Both the position numbers and the translations under genes were made by a program. Below are positions 42,876 to 51,855 of a stretch of 64,000 nt of DNA, one piece after another. Numbering within the stretch: the stretch's first letter is position 1; the number at the start of each line of letters is the position of its first letter. Source of the DNA: an uncultured Spirochaetota bacterium (GTDB lineage Bacteria; Spirochaetota; Spirochaetia; SZUA-6; CAVTHK01); assembly GCA_963734495.1 (NCBI GenBank), contig CAVTHK010000001.1, positions 802,442 through 866,441 of the forward strand. Reading direction: 5' to 3'. Under the pieces are notes generated by a model. It did not search any database. It saw nothing but the letters and a program-made list of their open reading frames with translations, and was not told the DNA's origin.

Positions 42876-43345
42876 TCAATGATAGTCGACAATCTGCGCG
42901 TCGGTTGGGCCCTTTTCAGACCAGCGGAAGCACAGACGATAGCGATCGTTGATCCGAATGCTGTATTGGGCCCAGGCGTGTACATCGTCCGGGGTCGAGT
43001 AGTTGTCGTATTCGGCGCCTATCTCCGCCGTGCTGAGTCCTGCCTCGCGCAGCAACCTCTTGAGGTCGGCGCCGATGTTGAAGTTGCCGCCGTTGTGCGC
43101 TACGCACCTCGCGACCATCACGGCACTGTCCTCAAAGGCCGGATCTGAGGACGAGATCAGGATCCCACGGGCGTCAAAGGATCGGATGCCGAGAAGGCCA
43201 CCGGCTGTGAGCACTCGCCTGAACTCGCACAAGGCTCGCACTGGGTCGCTGCAGTGCTCCAGCACCGCATGGCTGACCACGGCATCAAAGGACGCATCGC
43301 CGCCGGGCGGCTCGTAGACGTTTCCGGTCTGGAAAGATACGTTAG
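42876..43345 (-). pseudogene. Chimeric ORF: internal class I SAM methyltransferase fragment fused in frame to a HigB toxin C-terminus
   Basis: NVSFQTGNVYE..SFDAVVSHAVLEH..EFRRVLTAGG (methyltransferase, motif I missing) then QYSIRINDRYRLCFRW..IVDYH* (HigB). Confidence 0.75.
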
Positions 43346-43357
43346 GGGTGGTCCACG

Positions 43358-44389
43358 ATGGTGACGGACATGCAGATGAAGGCCGTGGAGATAACGCGCT
43401 ACGGCGGCAGGTTCGAATACAACAGTCGCCCGATCCCGCGGGCTGCCTCCAACGAGGTGGTGCTCAAGGTGGAGGCGAGCGGGCTCTGCAGCACCGATCT
43501 TCATCTCCTCGAAGGACGCATGGATCTCGGGGCACTTCCCAGGATCCCCGGACATGAGACGGCGGGAATCGTCGTCGAGGTCGGAGCCGAGGTCAAGGGG
43601 TGGACGAGCGGCGCCCGCGCCGTCGTTGGCGTCGACATTGTATGCGGCAGCTGTCGTCACTGCCTGACGGGGCATCCCCAGCGTTGCCTCAAGCGGGTTC
43701 GCATCGGCTTCGAGCGTGACGGTGGACACGCGGAGTACCTCGCCGTGCCCGCCGGTGTCCTTGTGCCTCTTCCGGATGAGATCGGGTTCGAAGAGGCTGC
43801 GATCCTTCCCGATGCCGTAGCTTGCATGCATCACTGCCTGCTCTCCCGCGGCGGCTTGAAAGCGAATGACCGGATCCTGATCCTGGGAGCGGGTGGCCTC
43901 GGTATTCACGGAGTGCAGATCGCTTCCATCGCGGGGGCCCAGGTGATCGCCACGAGTCGCAAGCCCGAACGATTGAAGGCGGTTGCGCGATATCGCGGTG
44001 TCCCCGTGAATCCGTCAACAGACGACCTGCGGGACGTGGTCCGCGCAATCACCCACGGTGAAGGGGTGGACATGGTCGCGGACTGCATCGGCACCGTAGG
44101 GAGCATCAAGGAAGCCTTGTCGCTGGTTCGTGCCGGAGGGCGGGTGCTCGTCGTGGCCTACCTCGCAGAAGAGTTCTCGTTGTCAAGCCTCGACATGATG
44201 CTCAACGAGAAGGAGCTCATCGGTTGCCGGGGCAGCACGCTCGCAGACTTGAGAGAGGTCGTGGAGCTGACGCGGAGCGGCAAGATCGAGCCGGTCGTTG
44301 GAAGGCGGTTTCATCTGTCCGAAATCGAAAAGGCCGCTCGCGCTCTGCGAGACGGCGCCATGGTCGGGCGGATTGTCCTGACGCGCTGA
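43358..44389 (+). CDS. Zinc-binding alcohol dehydrogenase (start 43358-43376 uncertain)
   Basis: GLCSTDLH, PGHE, CGSCRHC, GAGGLG. Confidence 0.92.
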   Translation: MVTDMQMKAVEITRYGGRFEYNSRPIPRAASNEVVLKVEASGLCSTDLHLLEGRMDLGALPRIPGHETAGIVVEVGAEVKGWTSGARAVVGVDIVCGSCRHCLTGHPQRCLKRVRIGFERDGGHAEYLAVPAGVLVPLPDEIGFEEAAILPDAVACMHHCLLSRGGLKANDRILILGAGGLGIHGVQIASIAGAQVIATSRKPERLKAVARYRGVPVNPSTDDLRDVVRAITHGEGVDMVADCIGTVGSIKEALSLVRAGGRVLVVAYLAEEFSLSSLDMMLNEKELIGCRGSTLADLREVVELTRSGKIEPVVGRRFHLSEIEKAARALRDGAMVGRIVLTR

Positions 44390-44697
44390 CCACACTTCGA
44401 ATGGCGGGCGGGCCTTCGCGGTCGACGCTCGGGCAGCGATCTCACCGATTCCGTTCCACGCCCCTCGCCACCGTCGCGCTCGACTGAGGCCGACGGCAGG
44501 CCGACGCGCCCCAAGTCCTACGGGCGCGCTCGGCAAGGTGCCCCGCCCCCTGACGCTGACGGCAGAGGACATTTCTCAGACGGTCAAAGACACATCGCCG
44601 GTGATCTGCATCGAGAGATCTCTGCTGCACGCTATTCTGGTCCCACGCCCCAAGCCGCGACGGACAGGGCGGGAATCTATGTCTTCGGGAGGGCCCT

Positions 44698-45015
44698 ATG
44701 GTGTACGTGATCTCGTCGTTCCAGATTGCCCCGGGCAAAATGAAAGAAGCCAAGGAACACCTTGAGAAGCAGGGCGACTACATGAAGAAGGCATTCGGCA
44801 CGCAGTTCGTAAGGCTACAGCCCGTGACTCCAGGCGCAGGTGAGGGCGACCGGATCGTCTCCATACACACCTTCGATTCGCTGGCCGCTTGGGGCGAATA
44901 CCAGCAGAAAGTGATGGACGACCGCCAGCGCAACGCGCTTGTCCACGAGAGCTTTACCGAGAAGCAGGTCTTCCTGCTGGGAGGCTACACCCGCACTGTC
45001 TACACAACTTTGTAG
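44698..45015 (+). CDS. Hypothetical protein (NIPSNAP/dimeric alpha-beta barrel-like)
   Basis: PGKMKEA, FDSLAAWGEY; SD GGAGG. Confidence 0.6.
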   Translation: MVYVISSFQIAPGKMKEAKEHLEKQGDYMKKAFGTQFVRLQPVTPGAGEGDRIVSIHTFDSLAAWGEYQQKVMDDRQRNALVHESFTEKQVFLLGGYTRTVYTTL

Positions 45016-45165
45016 CCCCGACGCGAGCGGGGTCCTATCGCGACGGGGCTGCACGACCCCGCGAGAGCCCGCTCGTCAAGACCGCGGTGATACTTGTGCA
45101 GCGCCGCGCAGGCACCTCGACCATCTATGGTACGGCACAACTGTCGGACCCGAGGAGGAACGAGA

Positions 45166-45435
45166 ATGAAATACGTGTGCGTGTGGTCGTGCTCGCCGGA
45201 GAACTGGAAGGAGTCGATCAAGCTGTTCAAGCAGCAGAAGGCCGCCGGGGCGTCGATCCCGGGCTTCAAGCTGCTCGGCCGGTGGCACGAGGTGGGCACT
45301 GGCAAGGGATACTCGCTGATCGAAACGGACGATCTTGTGGCAATGAGCAAGGTAGCCACCGAATGGAGTGCCCTCATCGACCAGAAGATCGTGCCTGTTG
45401 TCGACGACGAAGAGATACTGAAGGCATACGGATAG
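45166..45435 (+). CDS. DUF3303 family protein
   Basis: GFKLLGRWH, IETDD, EWS, IVPVVDDEE; SD GAGGAGG. Confidence 0.78.
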   Translation: MKYVCVWSCSPENWKESIKLFKQQKAAGASIPGFKLLGRWHEVGTGKGYSLIETDDLVAMSKVATEWSALIDQKIVPVVDDEEILKAYG

Positions 45436-45567
45436 GGCGGCGGCGAAGAGATCAGCCGCCGCGGTAGGAGATGCCCGCGGAACGCAGGTCACGAAAGGCC
45501 GGATCGAGGGTCTATACCGCGCGTGCTTGGCATGACTCCCGTCGGCGTCCGCCTATCCGGTGAGCTC

Positions 45568-45665
45568 CAATCCTCAGGCGACTTCTGCCGGCTCCACCCC
45601 CACCGGCACGGGTCTTTCGTCCTCGCTTGGTGCCTCCGGTGGAGCAGGACCCTGTGGTAGAATCA
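45568..45665 (+). mobile_element. IS91-family transposase relic (HUH motif fragment)
   Basis: 45568-45612 reads QSSGDFCRLHPHRHG and aligns at DNA level with the reverse complement of 56261-56310; the extension to 45665 is weak. Confidence 0.55.
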
Positions 45666-45734
45666 GCGCCTCGCTGCCCCGGGCCGCGCCCGTGATGGGC
45701 AGGTGCTGCAGGCGGTGCCGCAAAGGAGGCCGTC

Positions 45735-46664
45735 GTGAGGAACACGAGCAAGGTGGCCGCGGGGTGGTGGGACTACACCACTCTCGACCAGGCGATCCTC
45801 TCGGATGCCGCGGCGCTCGAGGCCGAGGATCTTCTCGGGCTCTCCCGACCGGGCTTCCGGGTCGTCTTCTACGAGACCCTGGAGTCCTTCTACCTCGCCG
45901 AGGCCCTCGAGTACGTCAACGCCTGGCGAAGCTCCACGGCCTCCCGGCCGGCGGGAATCTGCGGGCCCATTGGCCCCACCGAGCAGCTTCCGCTCGTGGC
46001 GCAGCTCGTCAACGACCTTGAGCTTGACGTGCGCAGCGGCCACTTCTGGGCCATGGACGAGTGGTTCCTGAACGGCAGGGAGGTCCCGATCACGCATCCC
46101 TTGAGCTTCGCCCGGGCCGACAAGGCCCTCTGCTTCGACCGGATCAGCAAGGACCTGCGGATGCCCGAAGAGAACCTTCATTTTCTGCGGGCGGATAACA
46201 TCGAGGGCTATACAGCGAGCTACGGCGAGGCCCGCTGCCTCTTGATGCAGGGGGGGCAGGGCGAGGTCAAGCACTGGGCGTTCAACGACCCCGTCAAGCG
46301 CGAAGGCCGCTACCGCGACGAGCCGCCGACGCCCGCGGAATACCGGAGCAAGAGCGCCCGTGTCGTCGATCTGCACCCCATGACGATCATACAGAACGCC
46401 CGGACCTCGGGAGGCGGCGTGGTCTCCGCGGTGCCTTCCCAGGCCATCAGCGTCGGCCCCGTGGAGACCTGGAAATCCGAGAAGGTCTCGATCTGGCACG
46501 CCGGAATGCACGACAACCCCTTCGGCATGAGGCTCACGACCCTCATGATCGCCAAGCGGATCCCCGACTCGGCGGTCCCGATGTCGCTCCTGGCCGATCA
46601 CCCGGACGTGCAGTTCAACTTCTATCGTCCGGGCATCGGCACCTGCGACGCGGAGATGCACTGA
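45735..46664 (+). CDS. Glucosamine-6-phosphate isomerase/deaminase-like (divergent NagB fold)
   Basis: [52 protein letters not shown]. Confidence 0.8.
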   Translation: MRNTSKVAAGWWDYTTLDQAILSDAAALEAEDLLGLSRPGFRVVFYETLESFYLAEALEYVNAWRSSTASRPAGICGPIGPTEQLPLVAQLVNDLELDVRSGHFWAMDEWFLNGREVPITHPLSFARADKALCFDRISKDLRMPEENLHFLRADNIEGYTASYGEARCLLMQGGQGEVKHWAFNDPVKREGRYRDEPPTPAEYRSKSARVVDLHPMTIIQNARTSGGGVVSAVPSQAISVGPVETWKSEKVSIWHAGMHDNPFGMRLTTLMIAKRIPDSAVPMSLLADHPDVQFNFYRPGIGTCDAEMH

Positions 46665-46678
46665 GGGACGGCAGGGCC

Positions 46679-47455
46679 GTGACGGTATTCGCGCTCGGGT
46701 GCCACCCCGACGACATCGAGTTCATGATGGCGGGAACACTCCTGCTGCTGCGACGCTCGGGGTGGTCGGTCCACATGATGAACCTCGCCAACGGGAGCTG
46801 CGGCACCACGACGCTGCCCGCTTCCGAGATCACGGCCGTCAGGGAGCGGGAGGCGAGAGCCTCGTCGCGAATGGTCGATGCCGTCTACCACGCCGGCCTC
46901 GTGAACGACATCGAAGTGTTCTACGACGACGCGCTCATCCGGAAGGTGACGGCGATCCTGCGCCGGGCGCGGCCCGACGTGCTGCTTCTCCCCTCGCCCG
47001 AAGACTACATGGAAGACCACATGATCACGGCGCGCATCGGAGCGACGGCCGCGTTCTGCAGGGGGATGCGCAACTACGCCTCCATCCCCGAGGTCGAGGC
47101 CGTGAGTCACGACGTGACCCTCTACCACGCGCTCCCCTACGGGCTCACCGACGGCCTCGGCCGCCCCGTTCCGGCCGACCTCTACGTCGACGTCGCGGAA
47201 GTCCTGGAGCTGAAGGGCCGAATGCTCGCCTGTCACGAGAGCCAGAAGGACTGGCTCGACCGCAGCCAGGGGCTGGGTTCCTACATAGAGACGATGAAGG
47301 TCATGAGCCGCGAGGTCGGCAGGTTGTCGGGGCGGTTCAGCTTTGCCGAAGGGTGGCGCCGGCGCTCCCATCTCGGCTATTCGAGCGCAAAGATCGACCC
47401 GCTGACCGCGGCTCTCGGCGGCTTCGTTGACGCGCGGCGGCCGGCGGGCGCCTGA
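46679..47455 (+). CDS. PIG-L/LmbE family deacetylase
   Basis: CHPDDIE, REREA, YMEDH, CHESQ, AEG. Confidence 0.88.
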   Translation: MTVFALGCHPDDIEFMMAGTLLLLRRSGWSVHMMNLANGSCGTTTLPASEITAVREREARASSRMVDAVYHAGLVNDIEVFYDDALIRKVTAILRRARPDVLLLPSPEDYMEDHMITARIGATAAFCRGMRNYASIPEVEAVSHDVTLYHALPYGLTDGLGRPVPADLYVDVAEVLELKGRMLACHESQKDWLDRSQGLGSYIETMKVMSREVGRLSGRFSFAEGWRRRSHLGYSSAKIDPLTAALGGFVDARRPAGA

Positions 47456-47473
47456 GCTCGCAGGCTCCGCCCT

Positions 47474-47619
47474 TCAGCCTTCCTCGATCTGTCGGATCTC
47501 GCAGGTCACGTCGAGCTCGTCCGCGTGGACCTCGAGGAACCGCCCGGTCGACTCCGCTGCCTCGGCCGTGTCCCTGGCCCGTATCAGGGCGTATCCGCCG
47601 CCGACCTCCTTGGTGGGCC
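47474..47619 (-). pseudogene. 3' remnant of a YciI/DGPF family gene
   Basis: TKEVGGGYALIRARDTAEAAESTGRFLEVH..CEIRQI*; starts immediately after the stop of the upstream gene, no start codon. Confidence 0.6.
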
Positions 47620-48366
47620 TCAGAACGTGTAGCGCACTCCCGCCGTGAAGTAGTGAAAGAGGCTGAAGGTGTAGACCGAGCCGCCGCCGTCGGAGCCGCC
47701 TTCGAGGATGCGGTACCCAGCGCGCACGGTCATGCGAGGCAGCGCGGACCACGTGACGGCCGCGAGAAAGTCCTCGGCGCGCCCCTGCGGCGCCGCCAGG
47801 CCGTCGCCCTCGACGAGCAGGCCCCACTCCGGGAGGAAGCGCCAGTGCAGGCGCAGGTGGACGAGGGGAACGAAGCCGAGATCGGTCCGCTCGGCCTCCT
47901 TTCCTCCTCCCTCGAGTGAGATCGCCGCGTCGCGGATCTTGCCCGTGAGCCCGAGCGCGAGGGAAAGCGCAGGCCGCTCGACGAGCGTGTACGCCCAGGT
48001 CAGCCGGTAAGAGTTGAAGCGGAAGCTGCCGTCGAGCGGCGCACCCGCGGGAAAGGTCTCCCCGGAGAAGTCGACGGCCTTCCCGAGACTGCCGTCGCTC
48101 GTCACGGTGAGGGGCGCGAAGAGCACAAAGACGGAGTGCCGACCGAAGTCCGCGCCGACCTGCAGGCGGTAGAACCAGGCCGGGGCCGCGGAAAGGTCGT
48201 CGCTGAGCGAGAAGCGGGTTCCGGTATCGTCCGGGATCTGCACGTCGTTGTAGCCGGTGAAGACGACGCCGGTCTCGGCGTCGGCCCATAGATTCCAAGC
48301 GAGCAAGCCCGCGGGGGCAGCGGCCATCAGGATGGCCAGGATCAAGGCAGCCCGTACTTTGATCAC
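47620..48366 (-). CDS. Outer-membrane beta-barrel protein
   Basis: GTG 48366 with SD AAGGAG; signal peptide; FNSYRLT, GYRILEGG, terminal GVRYTF. Confidence 0.72.
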   Translation of the reverse strand: MIKVRAALILAILMAAAPAGLLAWNLWADAETGVVFTGYNDVQIPDDTGTRFSLSDDLSAAPAWFYRLQVGADFGRHSVFVLFAPLTVTSDGSLGKAVDFSGETFPAGAPLDGSFRFNSYRLTWAYTLVERPALSLALGLTGKIRDAAISLEGGGKEAERTDLGFVPLVHLRLHWRFLPEWGLLVEGDGLAAPQGRAEDFLAAVTWSALPRMTVRAGYRILEGGSDGGGSVYTFSLFHYFTAGVRYTF

Positions 48367-48457
48367 TTCGAGTCTCCTTTTTGGGCGCCTACCATACCAC
48401 GAAAAAACCGGCGTGCAAGCCCCCGGGGGCGACACGGGCGACCGTCCCGCTTGGCCA

Positions 48458-48650
48458 GGCGGGGTAGGCTTTGGCGAGAGCGGAGAAGATGGCGGCGGCG
48501 CACGTCGTGCGTGTGCCGCGGCGGCGGACGCCCCGCGGAGCGCCAGCGCGTGAGGGACCTGCAGGGCCCGCCCTAAGGGCGGGGTTCGAGCATAACGAGG
48601 ACCGCAGCGAAGCGGAGCCAGGAGGGGCCCGACTCCAGGCGGCTCGGGGC
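48458..48650 (-). mobile_element. Internally deleted relic of the IS91-like element (upstream end plus a transposase sliver)
   Basis: 48458-48498 matches 56718-56757 and 48491-48636 matches 56853-56995, joined through GGCGGCGG. Confidence 0.7.
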
Positions 48651-48749
48651 GCTTGTCGCCGACGGGTTCAACGATCTCATGGCCCGCGCGGGCAGGAGCG
48701 CGGCCCTCATCGGCGCTCGGCCGAAGAGCAGCCGACCTCGCGATTTTTC

Positions 48750-48797
48750 TTGACGGCTCGCACCACGTGCCGCATAATGGACATTAGATTTTAGATC
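48750..48797 (+). promoter_or_regulatory. Sigma70 promoter of the tct operon with a possible operator
   Basis: TTGACG (48750-55), 17 nt, CATAAT (48773-78); direct repeat TTAGAT-T-TTAGAT just downstream. Confidence 0.7.
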
Positions 48798-48817
48798 CAA
48801 TTTCTGTGGAGGGGTCT

Positions 48818-49786
48818 ATGAGACTACGCAAGCGCACGATTGGGGCTTTTCTTGTGCTGTGTTCCGCTGTTGTCTGGGCAACGGGACGGGCGGAAGGCGC
48901 GGATCCGGCCGCCAACTACCCCAATAAGCCGATTCAGTTCGTGGTGCCGGCGAACCCGGGCGGCGGGACGGACATCGGCGCCCGCCTGTTGGCGGAGTAC
49001 TTGGCCCCCGAGATCGGCACGAGCATCATCATCACGAACATGAATGGAGCCGGTGGGACCGTGGCCTCGAACTACGTCAACGACGCCGAGCCGGACGGCT
49101 ACACGCTGCTCTACCAGCACGAGGGATTCGTCGCCAACCGCGTGTTCGGCCTGAGCAACCTGACGCTGCACGACCTCGTGACCGCCGGCGGCACATTCGA
49201 GGTCGATACGGTCTGCCTGTTCTCGAAAAAGCTCCGGTCCTGGGACGACCTGGTGCAGACTGCCAAACAGAGGCAGGTGATCCTCGGGACCGAGGTCGGC
49301 ACTTCGTTTCACATCCTCTTCGAGGCGATCAAGGACCGCGCCAAGCTCGCCAATCTGAAATTCGTGGACACGGGGGCAGTCAGCCCAACACTCGCCGCGA
49401 TGGAGGGCGACCAGATCGACGTCGCATTGGTCCCAATGGGTGTGATCGTGGACGCGGTGCGCGCAGGCCGCTATCACGTGCTCGCCCTCGTTTCCTCGAA
49501 AGAGCGAAGCAAGTTCGCGCCGGACGTCCCGACCTTGAGCGAGTTGGGCGTGGACGTCTACATGCCGAAGTTCTTCTTTCAGGCATTCCCACCAAAGACC
49601 CCGGCATCGATCGTCGCCAAGTTCCGTGCCGCCCTGGAGCGCGCCATGAAGAACCCCAAGCTGCTCGAGCGTGCCGCGGCGCTCTACTACAAGGCGGCGT
49701 ATCTCACGCCGGAGCAGATCTACGGCATGGAACAGGTAAACTACGACGTGATGATGCAGTACATCTCACTCCTCAAGAAGAAGTGA
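48818..49786 (+). CDS. tctC: Tripartite tricarboxylate transporter substrate-binding protein
   Basis: YPNKPIQFVVPANPGGGTDI, GAGGT, PDGYTL, PDVPTLSELG. Confidence 0.9.
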   Translation: MRLRKRTIGAFLVLCSAVVWATGRAEGADPAANYPNKPIQFVVPANPGGGTDIGARLLAEYLAPEIGTSIIITNMNGAGGTVASNYVNDAEPDGYTLLYQHEGFVANRVFGLSNLTLHDLVTAGGTFEVDTVCLFSKKLRSWDDLVQTAKQRQVILGTEVGTSFHILFEAIKDRAKLANLKFVDTGAVSPTLAAMEGDQIDVALVPMGVIVDAVRAGRYHVLALVSSKERSKFAPDVPTLSELGVDVYMPKFFFQAFPPKTPASIVAKFRAALERAMKNPKLLERAAALYYKAAYLTPEQIYGMEQVNYDVMMQYISLLKKK

Positions 49787-49809
49787 CGCAGCGCCTGGGC
49801 GGGGTAGTC

Positions 49810-50283
49810 ATGAAACGGTACGCCGACGTCATTTCGAGCAGCGCGCTCGTCCTCATCGCCATCGTGATGCTGAACGAGACGCGCAAGATCCAGGCCCTCG
49901 GGATCATGGAGTTCGGGCCAAAGGTCATGCCCCGCCTGATGGCCGGCGCGCTCCTCATCGTAGGGGCGAGCATTCTGATCCCGGCGCTGCTGCGGCTCCG
50001 GCATGCTTCGGCGGCGCCGGTCGGCGCTGCTCCGCCCGCGATCGACCACCGCAGGGTGGCGCTCACCGCCGCGTTGATCACGCTCTACGTGTTCGCCCTG
50101 CGGCCGCTTGGGTTCCTGGTGACCACGGTGCTCTATCTCTTCGGGCAGTTCCTGGTGCTCGGGGGGGTCGTCAAGCGGCGGCTCCCCGTGTACGGCTTGC
50201 TTGCGCTCGCCGTGGCCTTTGGCATCTACTACCTCTTCTATGGGGCCTTCAAAGTGCTCCTCCCGCCCGGGCGCATCTGGTAA
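49810..50283 (+). CDS. tctB: Tripartite tricarboxylate transporter small membrane subunit
   Basis: GPKVMP, LGF, VLLPPG; about 4 TM helices; lies between tctC and tctA. Confidence 0.85.
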   Translation: MKRYADVISSSALVLIAIVMLNETRKIQALGIMEFGPKVMPRLMAGALLIVGASILIPALLRLRHASAAPVGAAPPAIDHRRVALTAALITLYVFALRPLGFLVTTVLYLFGQFLVLGGVVKRRLPVYGLLALAVAFGIYYLFYGAFKVLLPPGRIW

Positions 50284-50294
50284 GGACGGCTGCG

Positions 50295-51815
50295 ATGCTC
50301 GAGATTTTCTACACCGGCTTCAGCGCGATTCTGCACCTCGATACCTTGTTGTTGATACTGATGGGAGTAAGTCTCGGGATCATGTTCGGCGCCGCTCCCG
50401 GGATCACCACGTCGATGGGCATGGTCTTTCTCCTGCCGCTCACGTTCAGCATGGATTCGGGCAATGCGATGGCCCTGATGACCGGGCTTTACATCGGAGG
50501 GACCTCCGGAGGCCTGATAAGCGCGATCCTGATCAACATCCCCGGCACACCGGCATCGATCAGCACGACCTTTGACGGGTACCCGATGACGCAGCGAGGG
50601 GAGGCGGGCAAGGCCCTCGGCATAGGCATCCTCTATTCGTTCCTGGGCGGCCTGTTCAGTTTCGTGATCCTCTACGCATTTGCCGGCACACTGGCGCGCA
50701 TCGCGCTCAAGTTCACGCCCTTCGACTATTTTGGCATCACGCTGTTCGCGGTCACGCTGATCGGAGGGCTATCCGGCAAGTCGGCGATCAAAGGGCTCGC
50801 TGCCGCGCTCATCGGCATGCTCATGAGCTCCTTTGGCAGCGCCCCGATCGACGGCTATCCCCGGTTTACCTTTGGCTGGCGCGAGCTCAACGCCGGCTTC
50901 AATCTTCTGCCCTGCCTGATCGGCGTGTACGCGGTTTCGGAGATCCTCAAGTGCGCGGAACGGGACGACGATCTCGGGGAGATCGACCAGCGCAGCTTCA
51001 AGATCCGCGGCTTCGGGATCTCGCTCAAGGAGTTTGTGGAGCAGATACCGAACGCCGTGCGCTCGATGCTCATCGGTGTGGGGATCGGCATACTGCCGGG
51101 CCTGGGCGCGGGACAGGCGAACATCATAGCCTACTCGGTGGCGCAGAAGCGATCCAAGCATCCCGAGAAATTCGGGACCGGCGTGATCGACGGCGTGATC
51201 GCTTCGGAGACCTCCAACAACGCGGTCATCGGCGGCGCGCTCATCCCCACGCTCACGATGGGCATCCCAGGGGATGCCGCCACGGCGATCCTGCTGGCCG
51301 GTTTCATGATCCACGGGCTCACGCCCGGACCGATGCTCATGCAGACGAGCGGCCCTCTGGTGTACACGATCTTCGCCTCGCTCATCGTCGCCAACTTTGC
51401 CATGCTGGTGGTGGAATACTTCGGCATACGGGTCTTTGTGAAGCTGTTGAAGATCCCGAAGTACCTCATCCTGCCCATCATCATCGTCCTGTGCATCGTG
51501 GGCGCCTTCAGCATCAACAACCGCATCTTTGACGCGATCTCGATCCTGATGTTCGCGGTCGTGGGCTACGGCCTGTACAGGTTCGGCTACCCTGCGGCGC
51601 CATTCGTCCTCGGCTTCATCCTTTCGCCGATCATAGAGATCAACTTTCGCCGCGGGCTGATCTACTCCGACGGCGCCTACATCAACTTTCTACAGCATCC
51701 GGTCTCGGCGTTCTTCATCCTGTTGACGGCCGTTTCGCTGGCCTTGATGCTTTTCCGCCGCCGAGGTCGGCGGCCGGCCGACGCGAAGGTCGCACGGGAG
51801 TTGGACGATGAGTGA
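50295..51815 (+). CDS. tctA: Tripartite tricarboxylate transporter large permease
   Basis: INIPGTPAS..DGYPM, GILPGLG, SETSNNA, GIPG, GLTPGP. Confidence 0.93.
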   Translation: MLEIFYTGFSAILHLDTLLLILMGVSLGIMFGAAPGITTSMGMVFLLPLTFSMDSGNAMALMTGLYIGGTSGGLISAILINIPGTPASISTTFDGYPMTQRGEAGKALGIGILYSFLGGLFSFVILYAFAGTLARIALKFTPFDYFGITLFAVTLIGGLSGKSAIKGLAAALIGMLMSSFGSAPIDGYPRFTFGWRELNAGFNLLPCLIGVYAVSEILKCAERDDDLGEIDQRSFKIRGFGISLKEFVEQIPNAVRSMLIGVGIGILPGLGAGQANIIAYSVAQKRSKHPEKFGTGVIDGVIASETSNNAVIGGALIPTLTMGIPGDAATAILLAGFMIHGLTPGPMLMQTSGPLVYTIFASLIVANFAMLVVEYFGIRVFVKLLKIPKYLILPIIIVLCIVGAFSINNRIFDAISILMFAVVGYGLYRFGYPAAPFVLGFILSPIIEINFRRGLIYSDGAYINFLQHPVSAFFILLTAVSLALMLFRRRGRRPADAKVARELDDE

Positions 51816-51855
51816 TGCCCGATCAGGGCCGCCGCGCGGCTCAAGGGGTCGCCCG

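Noticed and set aside
44390-44487. Possible glycoside hydrolase C-terminal remnant after the ADH gene
   Set aside because: Resemblance is weak and needs several frameshifts; cannot be supported without a search.
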